A DNA stretch of 64,000 nt. Source: an uncultured Fidelibacterota bacterium. GTDB taxonomy: Bacteria; Fidelibacterota; Marinisomatia; Marinisomatales; TCS55. The stretch covers positions 9,519-73,518 of the forward strand of contig CATMGX010000001.1 in NCBI GenBank assembly GCA_950067765.1, read 5' to 3'. Every line of letters begins with the position of its first letter. The first letter of the stretch is position 1. The position numbers and the translations under genes are program-made. The notes below the pieces were generated by a model, which saw nothing but the letters and a program-made list of their open reading frames with translations, was not told the DNA's origin and did no database searches. Below are positions 9,906-19,030 of this stretch, piece by piece.

Positions 9906-11564
9906 ATGTTATCGCAATTAGAATTATTTAATCAAATGAAAGAAAAATGGGAAAAAGATATACAATCTTCTTCCGATAGAGATTATAGCTTTGATACCTT
10001 AAGTGGAGAGACGGTAGATCCACTATATTATCCCGTAAATCCCCATGAAGATTACATTGAAAAATTGGGATTCCCGGGTCAATTCCCTTTTACCCGTGGT
10101 GTCCATGCGAATATGTATCGGGGAAAGTTGTGGACAAAACGACAATTCTCCGGATTTGGGACACCTAAAGAAACCAACGCGCGATATCATTCCTTATTAG
10201 GTAAAGGCCAAACCGGTTTATCTGTGGCCTACGATATGCCCACCCTCATGGGGTATGATCCGGATCATACTTGGGCGAAAGGGGAAGTGGGTAAATGCGG
10301 TGTCAATGTTGCCACCATCAAGGATATGGAGCAGCTTTTTGAAGGAATCAATCTGGGAGATATTTCTGTATCTCAAACGATCAATGGTCCTGCTGTCATT
10401 TTGCTGGCTTTTTATATCGCTGTTGCTGAAAACCAGGGTGTGGCTTTAGCCAATCTCCGCGGGACACTTCAAAATGATATTTTAAAAGAGTTTATCGCCC
10501 AAAAAGAATGGATATTTCCACCAGAACCCTCCATGAGAGTCATAACAGATATGATGGCATTTTGCACAGAATATATGCCAAAATTCAATACGATTTCTAT
10601 TTCCGGCTACCATATCCGGGAAGCAGGATCCACAGCGGCTCAGGAATTGGCTTTTACCCTGGCAAATGGGTTTACCTATGTGGAATATGCCATGGCGGCT
10701 GGGTTAGATGTGGATGCATTCGCCCCACGTCTGTCCTTCTTTTTTAATTCACATTTAGATTTCTTTGAAGAAATCGCAAAGTATCGCGCTGCCAGACGAA
10801 TTTGGGCCAAACGAATGAAAAATACATATAATGCGAAAGATTCTCGATCATGGAAATTGCGTTTTCATACCCAAACTGCCGGATGCTCTTTAACAGCACA
10901 GCAACCGGAAAATAATATTGCAAGAACGGGATTCCAAGGGTTGGCGGCAGTACTGGGCGGTACACAGTCTCTCCATACAAATTCAATGGATGAAACATTG
11001 GCTTTGCCCACAGAAAAATCTGCCGAGATAGCACTCCGGACCCAACAATTGATCGCTTTTGAAACGGGAGTAGCAAATGTGGCCGATCCCTTGGGAGGTT
11101 CCTGGTATGTAGAATCATTAACGGATCAGATGGAAACCCGAGCGGAAAAATATTTTGATGAAATTGAGAATTTAGGTGGAGTAATACCGGCGATTGAAAA
11201 AGGGTATTTTCAGATGGAAATTGCCCGAGCGGCTTCTGATTATCAACAAAAAATTGATGATAAACAACTTATACATGTAGGTGTGAATGCTTTTATAAAA
11301 CAAGATGAAGAAATTGAAATTCCATTATTAGAAATTGGTGATGAAGCTGAAAACCGCCAGGTAAATGCATTGGCGCAGCTCCGAAATGAACGGGATGAAA
11401 ATGCAGTACAATTGGCCCTGAGCCAAATTCAGGATGCCTGCATTAATGGGTATAATATTATGCCGCCTATTATAGCAGCAGCGAAATCGTTTGTGACAAT
11501 GGGGGAGATTATTGTGGCAATGAAAGCAGAATTTGGAGAATGGCAGGAAGCTGCCGTATTTTAG
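9906..11564 (+). CDS. Methylmalonyl-CoA (acyl-CoA) mutase catalytic subunit lacking the B12-binding domain
   Basis: [26 protein letters not shown] and HTQTAG motifs of the MCM TIM-barrel domain. The ORF ends at 552 aa without a DxHxxG cobalamin-binding domain. Confidence 0.9.
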   Translation: MLSQLELFNQMKEKWEKDIQSSSDRDYSFDTLSGETVDPLYYPVNPHEDYIEKLGFPGQFPFTRGVHANMYRGKLWTKRQFSGFGTPKETNARYHSLLGKGQTGLSVAYDMPTLMGYDPDHTWAKGEVGKCGVNVATIKDMEQLFEGINLGDISVSQTINGPAVILLAFYIAVAENQGVALANLRGTLQNDILKEFIAQKEWIFPPEPSMRVITDMMAFCTEYMPKFNTISISGYHIREAGSTAAQELAFTLANGFTYVEYAMAAGLDVDAFAPRLSFFFNSHLDFFEEIAKYRAARRIWAKRMKNTYNAKDSRSWKLRFHTQTAGCSLTAQQPENNIARTGFQGLAAVLGGTQSLHTNSMDETLALPTEKSAEIALRTQQLIAFETGVANVADPLGGSWYVESLTDQMETRAEKYFDEIENLGGVIPAIEKGYFQMEIARAASDYQQKIDDKQLIHVGVNAFIKQDEEIEIPLLEIGDEAENRQVNALAQLRNERDENAVQLALSQIQDACINGYNIMPPIIAAAKSFVTMGEIIVAMKAEFGEWQEAAVF

Positions 11565-11573
11565 GAGAGTATA

Positions 11574-12008
11574 ATGAATAGTAATAAGAAATTTTTTCTC
11601 ATGATCACTGGAATAATCGGTATGGTCATTTTTTGGATAAGCTGGGTATCAATGAATCCGGCAGATGAAAAAGCAATGACCACTTTTGTGTCTGTGGATG
11701 AACTCATCAATGATAATATTAACCGCCGAACGAAATTAGGCGGTTTAGTGAAAGATGGTTCGATTGCTATTTCTAAGACCAATTACCTTGATTGTACATT
11801 TGTCCTAAAAGAAGGGAATACGGAATTGGATGTAAAATACGGACGCACCCGTCCGGATCTATTTAAAGATGGTGTAGAAGTGATCGTCACTGGACAATAT
11901 TTGAATGGTGTCTTTTATGCCGATGAATTACAGACCAAATGTGCTTCCCGTTACGAAGGTGATTTGCGTAATGAATCCAGTTATAATTTAAATGAAATAG
12001 ACTCATGA
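11574..12008 (+). CDS. ccmE: Cytochrome c maturation heme chaperone CcmE, Cys (CxxxY) variant
   Basis: N-terminal TM anchor, OB-fold-like core (RTKLGGLVKDGS, VIVTGQY) and a C-terminal TKCASRYEG. The canonical CcmE has KHDENY at this position. Lies immediately upstream of ccmF with an ATGA overlap. Confidence 0.85.
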   Translation: MNSNKKFFLMITGIIGMVIFWISWVSMNPADEKAMTTFVSVDELINDNINRRTKLGGLVKDGSIAISKTNYLDCTFVLKEGNTELDVKYGRTRPDLFKDGVEVIVTGQYLNGVFYADELQTKCASRYEGDLRNESSYNLNEIDS

Positions 12009-13966
12009 CGCCTATTGCCGGCGGTGTGGCGCTGAATCTGGCATTTGGGTTCAGTATCCTCGCAGTGATTACCCTATTCCTCCATACAAGAAATGGAGAT
12101 CAGCGGCTTTTTTTAACCGGTCAACGATTAGCGTTGGGTATATCTTTTTTTATTTTTCTGGCAACGTTCATTCTTGCATTTCAATTAATCCAGAGCAATT
12201 TTGATATAGATTATGTGGCCAGATATACAAGTCTGGAAACACCGTTCATATATAAAATATCTGCATTGTGGGCAGGGCAATCCGGTTCTCTTTTATTCTG
12301 GTTATTTATTTTATCTATTTATACCACGATTGTTATTCTGCAAAATCAGCGAAAACATAATTCACTTATGCCCTGGGTAATCATTACACTGGTGATTGTG
12401 CAGATATTTTTTCTTATACTGACCAATTATGTGACAAATCCGTTTAAACCAACCGATGCAGATTTTATCGTTACCAATGGAAATGGTCTGAATCCACTGT
12501 TGCAAAATGTGACCATGGTGATTCATCCGCCCATGCTTTATTTGGGATTTGTTGGATTTTCTGTTCCATTTGGATTTGCGATTTCAGCTTTGATTAATGG
12601 GGATACGAGTCCGCTATGGATACAGAGTATTCGCCGATGGGCTCTGGTCGCCTGGTTGTTTTTAAGTATGGGAATTATTCTGGGCGGATGGTGGGCCTAC
12701 CGTGAATTAGGCTGGGGAGGATATTGGGCCTGGGATCCGGTGGAAAATGCCAGTTTTATGCCTTGGCTAACTGCAACTGCATTTATCCATTCCATTATTA
12801 TTCAGGAGAAAAAGGACATGCTTCGCTTATGGAATATGTCTTTAATTATCATGACATTTACACTCTGTATTTTCGGTACTTTCCTCACGAGATCGGGTGT
12901 GATGAGTTCTGTCCATTCATTTACAGCTTCTTCCCTGGGACCTATCTTTTTGACATTTGTATTTTTAATTATAGTCGTTTCATTTGGCATGATGTATTTC
13001 AGAAGAAATGAATTGAAGTCTCCCAGAAAAATGGAATCATTTACTTCCAGAGAAAGCGGATTTTTGTTTAATAATATGGTATTTGTTGTATTGTGTTTTT
13101 CCGTTTTTTGGGGAACCCTTTTCCCAGTGATTTCCGAAGCAGTCCGGGGGACTAAAATTACGGTTGGACCGCCTTTTTTCAATCAAATGAATATTCCAAT
13201 TGGTCTGATTTTATTGGCATTAACCGGGATTGGCCCATTGTTAGCATGGCGAAAAACAGGTAGGAAAAGCCTGATCCGTAATTTTACTTTTCCCATCCTT
13301 ACTGGATTAAGTACAGCAACCATTCTACTCTTCGTAGGATTTAGGGGTTATGTTGTTATTTCATTCAGTTTGGGTGCATTTGTAACGGCGACAATTGGAA
13401 CAGAATTTGCCCGGGGTATCTATGCCCGGAGGAAAAAATTTGATGAATCCATTATTAAAGCTCTGATAAGGATGGTGAGCAAAAACCGTTCTCGATATGG
13501 AGGATATGTGGTTCATATAGGCATTGTTTTTATGTTTGTGGGATTCACTGGGCAAGCCTTTGATGATGAAAAAGAATTCAGTTTAACGGTGGGGGAAACC
13601 GATCATGTGGCTGGATATACCTTCGAGTTGATTCAATTGTCAGAAGCGGAACGTGCGAATCATTATGCCTGGATTTCGGACCTCCGGGTGACTAATAAGG
13701 AAGGGAAATTTGTCACAAATCTCCACCCAGAAAAGCGGATATATTTTCATAATAATCCTGATCCGAATCGTCGTCAACCCCATAGTGAATTGGATATTTA
13801 TACGACCATGAATCAGGATATTTATTCTATTTTTTCTGGCGTAGATAGTGAAAATGGTGTGGCCTTTATTAAAATTATGGTGAATCCTTTGGTCCGATGG
13901 GTATGGGTTGGGGGATTTATTCTGGTCTTTGGTACTATGGTGGCCTTATGGCCTAGGAAAGATTAA
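12005..13966 (+). CDS. ccmF: Cytochrome c-type biogenesis protein CcmF (heme lyase)
   Basis: 653-aa polytopic protein with the WWD-type motif WGGYWAWDPVENASFMPWL. Confidence 0.9.
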   Translation: MTPIAGGVALNLAFGFSILAVITLFLHTRNGDQRLFLTGQRLALGISFFIFLATFILAFQLIQSNFDIDYVARYTSLETPFIYKISALWAGQSGSLLFWLFILSIYTTIVILQNQRKHNSLMPWVIITLVIVQIFFLILTNYVTNPFKPTDADFIVTNGNGLNPLLQNVTMVIHPPMLYLGFVGFSVPFGFAISALINGDTSPLWIQSIRRWALVAWLFLSMGIILGGWWAYRELGWGGYWAWDPVENASFMPWLTATAFIHSIIIQEKKDMLRLWNMSLIIMTFTLCIFGTFLTRSGVMSSVHSFTASSLGPIFLTFVFLIIVVSFGMMYFRRNELKSPRKMESFTSRESGFLFNNMVFVVLCFSVFWGTLFPVISEAVRGTKITVGPPFFNQMNIPIGLILLALTGIGPLLAWRKTGRKSLIRNFTFPILTGLSTATILLFVGFRGYVVISFSLGAFVTATIGTEFARGIYARRKKFDESIIKALIRMVSKNRSRYGGYVVHIGIVFMFVGFTGQAFDDEKEFSLTVGETDHVAGYTFELIQLSEAERANHYAWISDLRVTNKEGKFVTNLHPEKRIYFHNNPDPNRRQPHSELDIYTTMNQDIYSIFSGVDSENGVAFIKIMVNPLVRWVWVGGFILVFGTMVALWPRKD

Positions 13967-14244
13967 TGATTGATTTTATCAGAGATTACGGCTTGATATT
14001 AATTTTGTTTATTCTACCGGTTATCTTTGCTCTTCAGCCCTTATTTTTACCACGGATCGAAAAAATACATATTCAATTAGATGTGGCAGAATTAAAACGG
14101 AAAAAACTGTTGATTTATCGTCAAATTAAGGAGTTGGAAATGGAATATGACATTGGCAATATTAATGAAAATGATTTTATTTCCGGTCGTGCAACTTTAA
14201 AAAAGGAAGTTTCGGAAGTAATTGCCGCATTGAAATCATTATAA
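13966..14244 (+). CDS. Hypothetical 92-aa membrane-anchored coiled-coil protein inside the ccm cluster
   Basis: One N-terminal hydrophobic helix, then a charged helical region (ELKRKKLLIYRQIKELEMEYD). Start overlaps the ccmF stop (TAATG). I recognise no family. Confidence 0.5.
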   Translation: MIDFIRDYGLILILFILPVIFALQPLFLPRIEKIHIQLDVAELKRKKLLIYRQIKELEMEYDIGNINENDFISGRATLKKEVSEVIAALKSL

Positions 14245-14254
14245 TACGTTTATC

Positions 14255-14884
14255 GTGCTGTCTGTTTCAAATATATCAAAATCCTTTGATCATCGTACTG
14301 TTTTAAATAATATTACGTTTCATGTGGAAGTAGGTGAAACAGTTATAATAATGGGTAAAAATGGCGCAGGGAAATCAACGTTATTGCGAATTATAGCACG
14401 AATCATGGCTTGCGATAAGGGAGAAATATTATTTCAAAATAATGATTTATTGAATGGGAGTCCATTGGTTCGCCAAAAATTACTATATGTTGGTCATGCC
14501 TCCGCTATGTACACGATATTGTCGGCCATAGAAAATTTACAATTGGCATTGAGACTTCGGGGAACGCCCGTTGAAATTTCCAGGATTCAAGATCAGTTAA
14601 ATTATTATGGCCTCACAAACCAATCAAATGATCCAATTTCTATTTATTCCCAGGGAATGCTTCAGCGGTTAAAATTAGCATATGCATCACTGGCCTCTTG
14701 GAATTTATTATTAATTGACGAACCATTCTCGGGACTGGATACTGAGGGCATAGCGTTAGTGAATAAATCTTTGCACCGTTGGAAGAAATTGGGGAAATCT
14801 ATGATGATTGTTTTACATAACCAATCCCGAGCTGAAGAATTGGGTGATCGGATTCTTCGGATTAAGAAGGGGTTGATCGCATAA
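14255..14884 (+). CDS. ccmA: Heme exporter ABC ATP-binding protein CcmA
   Basis: Walker A GKNGAGKST, ABC signature SQGMLQRL and Walker B LLLIDEP. About 200 aa, followed by ccmB/ccmC. GTG start. Confidence 0.8.
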   Translation: MLSVSNISKSFDHRTVLNNITFHVEVGETVIIMGKNGAGKSTLLRIIARIMACDKGEILFQNNDLLNGSPLVRQKLLYVGHASAMYTILSAIENLQLALRLRGTPVEISRIQDQLNYYGLTNQSNDPISIYSQGMLQRLKLAYASLASWNLLLIDEPFSGLDTEGIALVNKSLHRWKKLGKSMMIVLHNQSRAEELGDRILRIKKGLIA

Positions 14885-14889
14885 TCACT

Positions 14890-15552
14890 ATGTTTTTCAC
14901 ATTACTTAAAAAAGAACTGTTTGTTGAATTTCGATCTCGGGAAGTCACCCTTTCCATGCTAGTTTTCGGATTGTCTATTATTCTTACATTTGCATTATCA
15001 TCTAACGTTTCCCCAACGATCATCGCCAATTATGCTCCCGGGATGTTTTGGATAATGGTACTGTTTGTCGCTGTGATAGGCGTGCATCGTACTTTTTCTT
15101 ATGAAAAAGAATTTGATGCATTTTCCATGTTAATAAGTGCCCCGATTGACCGCGGGTTTATTTTTCTCACAAAATGGATTAGCGGATTTATCTTCCTGAC
15201 GATAATGGAAGGATTAATCCTCATCCCATTTTTTAAATTTTTAATGATTGATTTTCCATCACAGCCTTGGATAGCCATCGGCACAACCTTGTTGATTAAT
15301 TGTGCAATAATGGCCATTGCCAGTTTGGTCTCTGGCATTGCGATGCGAGCCAGATTAAGTGAAGTATTATTACCAATATTATTATTCCCTTTGGTTTCTC
15401 CTGTTCTTATAGCCGCTACAAAAATATCCGGGAGTATTATGGTTGGGGACCCGTATTCCTTCTGGAAAATTTGGTTGTTAATCATTCTTACAGTTATTGT
15501 AATTTTTGGGCTTGTGGGATACACCTTATTCGATTTTATCACTGAAGAATAA
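14890..15552 (+). CDS. ccmB: Heme exporter membrane protein CcmB
   Basis: 220-aa, roughly six-TM protein lying between ccmA and ccmC. Size and context fit CcmB. Confidence 0.8.
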   Translation: MFFTLLKKELFVEFRSREVTLSMLVFGLSIILTFALSSNVSPTIIANYAPGMFWIMVLFVAVIGVHRTFSYEKEFDAFSMLISAPIDRGFIFLTKWISGFIFLTIMEGLILIPFFKFLMIDFPSQPWIAIGTTLLINCAIMAIASLVSGIAMRARLSEVLLPILLFPLVSPVLIAATKISGSIMVGDPYSFWKIWLLIILTVIVIFGLVGYTLFDFITEE

Positions 15553-16223
15553 TGAAACCTTTTTTTAATAATAAAACGAACAGATCCGGGCTGATTTTAA
15601 TCGCAGCCATGATGTTATTTAATGTGTGGAATGTCATCATGAACACGCCCATGGTTCCAGAGCAACATTGGGCACAGAAAATATTTTATGTTCATGTACC
15701 ATCGGCCTGGGTTGGATTTTTGTCTTATTTTGTTGTGATGGTGGCCGGTATTCTATTTTTTATGAAAAAGGATGACTATTGGGATCTTGTGGGTCTTGCA
15801 GCAGCAGAAATAGGAACTGTATTTATGTCTTTGGTGCTAATCACCGGTCCAATTTGGGCAATACCCATTTGGGGTAAGCCATGGATATGGGAACCGAGAC
15901 TCACAACAACGCTCATCCTGTTTTTAATATATATTGGTTATTTCATGATGCGAACATTTGGAGGTCATATCGAACGGGTAAAGCGATATGCAGCCGCAGT
16001 TGGAATAATTGCATTTGTTGATGTACCTATTATATTTGTATCCGTAAAATTTTGGACACCGGAGATTCAGTCTCATCCGCAAGTTGAAATGGCTCAGCAG
16101 CCATCGGAAATTTTGATCCCATTTTTATTATCTTTGAGTATTTTTACACTTTTGTATGTTCTAATGCTCAAGTATAGAATTCATGTGATACGTATCAATT
16201 CAAGGGTCCGTGCAAATGTATAA
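15552..16223 (+). CDS. ccmC: Heme exporter protein CcmC
   Basis: Trp-rich motif WGKPWIWEPRLTT (WWD-like) and flanking His residues. 223 aa. Confidence 0.85.
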   Translation: MKPFFNNKTNRSGLILIAAMMLFNVWNVIMNTPMVPEQHWAQKIFYVHVPSAWVGFLSYFVVMVAGILFFMKKDDYWDLVGLAAAEIGTVFMSLVLITGPIWAIPIWGKPWIWEPRLTTTLILFLIYIGYFMMRTFGGHIERVKRYAAAVGIIAFVDVPIIFVSVKFWTPEIQSHPQVEMAQQPSEILIPFLLSLSIFTLLYVLMLKYRIHVIRINSRVRANV

Positions 16224-16365
16224 TTTCTTTGGTTATTTCATGGCTGTCTATTTGATTGTATTTGGTACAATCCTTGGATGGTTCATCATCCAATTGCGTA
16301 TAGAGAACCGCTTGTTAAATAAAAATAAAAATTCGAATGAAGGAGTAAATTTAGATGGAACGTAA
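16216..16365 (+). CDS. 49-aa single-TM ORF, CcmD-like by position
   Basis: Hand translation gives MYNFFGYFMAVYLIVFGTILGWFIIQLRIENRLLNKNKNSNEGVNLDGT. The ATG overlaps the ccmC stop (ATGTATAA). The stop lies 11 nt inside the next gene. It has one TM helix plus a basic tail, like CcmD. Below the ORF-track cutoff. Confidence 0.45.
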   Translation: MYNFFGYFMAVYLIVFGTILGWFIIQLRIENRLLNKNKNSNEGVNLDGT

Positions 16366-17425
16366 AATTGTCCATGTTGTGGGAACGGGAACCATTGGTG
16401 AACCGCTGATTGGTTTATTATGTGATTATCGAGAAAAACTGGGAATTGATGAAGTCACATTTAATAAAAATACACCCCTGCGCGGTGACCGATCAAAAGT
16501 AATTGATTTATTAAAACGCGGTGCCCGATTAGCTGTGAGTGAGGATCGGTTAGATGGCTTTAAAGAATTAGGTATGGATCCGGACTTGGAAACAGAAGAA
16601 GCCATTAGCCGAGCATCTGTTGTCATTGATTGTACTCCATCTGGAATTGGCCATAAAAATAAGGAGAAATATTATCAAAAATTTGCTGACAAAGTGAAAG
16701 GGTTTATGGCCCAGGGGAGTGAAGAAGGGTTTGGGGTTAAATACGCCCGCGGAATCAACGATTCTATACTAAAAAACGGAGATCACCAGTTTGTACAAAT
16801 AGTGTCATGTAATACCCATAATATTTCGTGTATTACAAATTCACTGGTGTTAAACGAATCTGGACCGGAAAATCTTAAGGAAGGTCGCTTTGTATGTGTT
16901 CGGAGAGCCAATGATACGAGTCAAGCGGGCAGTTTTATCCCTGCACCCGTTGTGGGTAGTCATAGCGATGAACAATTTGGTTCTCACCATGCCAAAGATG
17001 CTTATGAACTTTTTGCAACCTTGGGATATGATTTAAATATGTTTTCTTCCGCAATGAAAGTGAACAGCCAATACATGCATGTCCTCTGGTTTATGTTAAG
17101 AACAAAAGAGCCCACAACACTAAATGAAGTGAAAGATCGCCTTGTTGCAAATGATCTCGTGGCGATGACTACAAAGGATATGACCAGTACCGTTTATTCC
17201 TTTGGCCGGGATCATGGTCATTTTGGTCGAATTTTAAATCAGGCTGTTGTGGTGGAACAAACACTACATGTACGGAATGAACATGAAATATACGGATTCT
17301 GTTTTACTCCTCAGGATGGGAATTCAATCTTAAGCAGTATATCTGCGGCAGAACGATTTTTGTATCCACATTCTTACGAAGATAAAATTCAGTGCCTTAA
17401 CCAATTGTTTTTCGAGGAAATTTGA
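16355..17425 (+). CDS. Type II (archaeal-type) glyceraldehyde-3-phosphate dehydrogenase homolog
   Basis: The following segments line up with archaeal GAPDH as I recall it (ours versus archaeal):
- Rossmann N-terminus VVGTGTIGEP
- VVIDCTPSGIGHKNKEKY versus IVIDCTPEGIGAKN
- catalytic-Cys motif IVSCNTHN versus VSCNTTG
- VRRANDT versus VRRGADP
- GSHHAKDA versus PSHHGPDV. Confidence 0.65.
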   Translation: MERKIVHVVGTGTIGEPLIGLLCDYREKLGIDEVTFNKNTPLRGDRSKVIDLLKRGARLAVSEDRLDGFKELGMDPDLETEEAISRASVVIDCTPSGIGHKNKEKYYQKFADKVKGFMAQGSEEGFGVKYARGINDSILKNGDHQFVQIVSCNTHNISCITNSLVLNESGPENLKEGRFVCVRRANDTSQAGSFIPAPVVGSHSDEQFGSHHAKDAYELFATLGYDLNMFSSAMKVNSQYMHVLWFMLRTKEPTTLNEVKDRLVANDLVAMTTKDMTSTVYSFGRDHGHFGRILNQAVVVEQTLHVRNEHEIYGFCFTPQDGNSILSSISAAERFLYPHSYEDKIQCLNQLFFEEI

Positions 17426-18069
17426 GCATTAATGTTGAAACGGTTGTCACGGGTCCGTTTCAGGAAAACAGTTATATTGTATGGTATTCTGATTCGACGG
17501 ATGCAATTTTTGTAGATCCGGGTGATGATGAACATCTGATTATCCAATCGATTGAAGACAATAAATTAACCCCCATAGCCATTGTGAATACCCATGCCCA
17601 TTTAGATCATATTGGTGCTGTTCAACCTTTAAAGCATAAATATGATATTCCATTTTATCTTCATCCCAATGAACAATATATTTTAAATACATACGAAGAT
17701 GCATGCAGAATGTTTGGAATGCCCTCTCGAGAGACACCCGCAGTAGATGTTTGGTTTAATGATGCAGAAAATCTAAAAATCAATGCATTTAATATTCATT
17801 TAGTTCCAACGCCGGGGCATACACCGGGGGGTACATGTCTTGAAATTGACAACCATCTTTTTGTTGGAGATACGTTATTTCGGGGAAGTGTGGGAAGAAC
17901 GGATTTACCCGGGGGAGATTGGGCCACATTAGAATCATCCTTAGTTCATCTATTCAATTCGGTTGCCCATGATAGAATTGTCCATCCCGGACATGGCCCG
18001 GATACAACTTTACATTATGAATTAAAAGAAAACCCATTTTTAAATCCCTTAAAAGACAGGGTAAATTAA
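17422..18069 (+). CDS. MBL-fold metallo-hydrolase (glyoxalase II-like)
   Basis: THAHLDHIGA metal-binding motif, with later PGHTPG and HPGHG. TTG start overlapping the upstream stop (TTGA). Confidence 0.85.
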   Translation: MSINVETVVTGPFQENSYIVWYSDSTDAIFVDPGDDEHLIIQSIEDNKLTPIAIVNTHAHLDHIGAVQPLKHKYDIPFYLHPNEQYILNTYEDACRMFGMPSRETPAVDVWFNDAENLKINAFNIHLVPTPGHTPGGTCLEIDNHLFVGDTLFRGSVGRTDLPGGDWATLESSLVHLFNSVAHDRIVHPGHGPDTTLHYELKENPFLNPLKDRVN

Positions 18070-18074
18070 AAGCT

Positions 18075-19022
18075 ATGAAAGTTATAGAATTTCTTGAAAA
18101 AGCAAACAAAACACTTTTCAGTTTTGAAATAATTCCTCCCACCCGTGGTGGATCCATTGATCGTGTTTTTAATTTGGTTGAAGCATTGATCCCATTCGAT
18201 CCCCCATTTATCGATTTAACCAGCCGCTCAGCAGAGGTGTATTATGAAGATGCTGGTGAAGGGAAAATGATTCGGTTCATTCGTCGCAAACGGCCGGGAA
18301 CTATCGGTATTAGTGCTGCCATTAAAAATAAATTTAATGTGGAAACGGTACCTCATATTCTTTGTCGCGGTTTTACTCGGGAAGAAACAGAAGATGCCCT
18401 GATTGAATTGAATTATCTTGGGATTAATAATGTATTGGCCGTCCGGGGAGATGAACTTCGCAAAGATGCACCAGACTCACCAGGAAAAACTCGCCATAGA
18501 TATGCATCCAATTTGGTGAGTCAAATTAAAGATATGAATGACGGAAAATATGTTGAAGAATTAATTGATGCTGCTCCGACAAATTTTTGTATCGGTGTGG
18601 GTGCATATCCTGAAAAACATTTTGAAGCACCCAATATGGCTACTGATATAAAATACTTAAAAGCCAAATTGGATGCAGGCGCAGACTATATCGTTACGCA
18701 AATGTTTTATGATAATTCTGCTTTTTTTAAATTTGTTGACGATTGTCGGTCCGCTGGGATTGATGTGCCCATTATTCCTGGCATAAAAATTTTATCCACC
18801 GAAAAACATTTGAGTGTCATCCCTAAAAACTTTTATGTCGATATTCCGGAGGCTTTATCCGAAAAAGTTATCGGTCAGTCAAAAAAAGATATTGTAAATA
18901 TCGGTGTTGAATGGGCTTTGGAGCAGGTGCAGGCATTGGTAGATGCCAAGGTCCCCTGTGTGCATTTTTATATTATGTCCTCAGCCAAATCAGCGGCGAA
19001 GGTAGTCTCTCAGTTTAAATAG
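18075..19022 (+). CDS. metF: Methylenetetrahydrofolate reductase
   Basis: FSFEIIPP N-terminus, LAVRGD and ADYIVTQMFYD motifs. 315 aa. Confidence 0.9.
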   Translation: MKVIEFLEKANKTLFSFEIIPPTRGGSIDRVFNLVEALIPFDPPFIDLTSRSAEVYYEDAGEGKMIRFIRRKRPGTIGISAAIKNKFNVETVPHILCRGFTREETEDALIELNYLGINNVLAVRGDELRKDAPDSPGKTRHRYASNLVSQIKDMNDGKYVEELIDAAPTNFCIGVGAYPEKHFEAPNMATDIKYLKAKLDAGADYIVTQMFYDNSAFFKFVDDCRSAGIDVPIIPGIKILSTEKHLSVIPKNFYVDIPEALSEKVIGQSKKDIVNIGVEWALEQVQALVDAKVPCVHFYIMSSAKSAAKVVSQFK

Positions 19023-19030
19023 GATATAAT

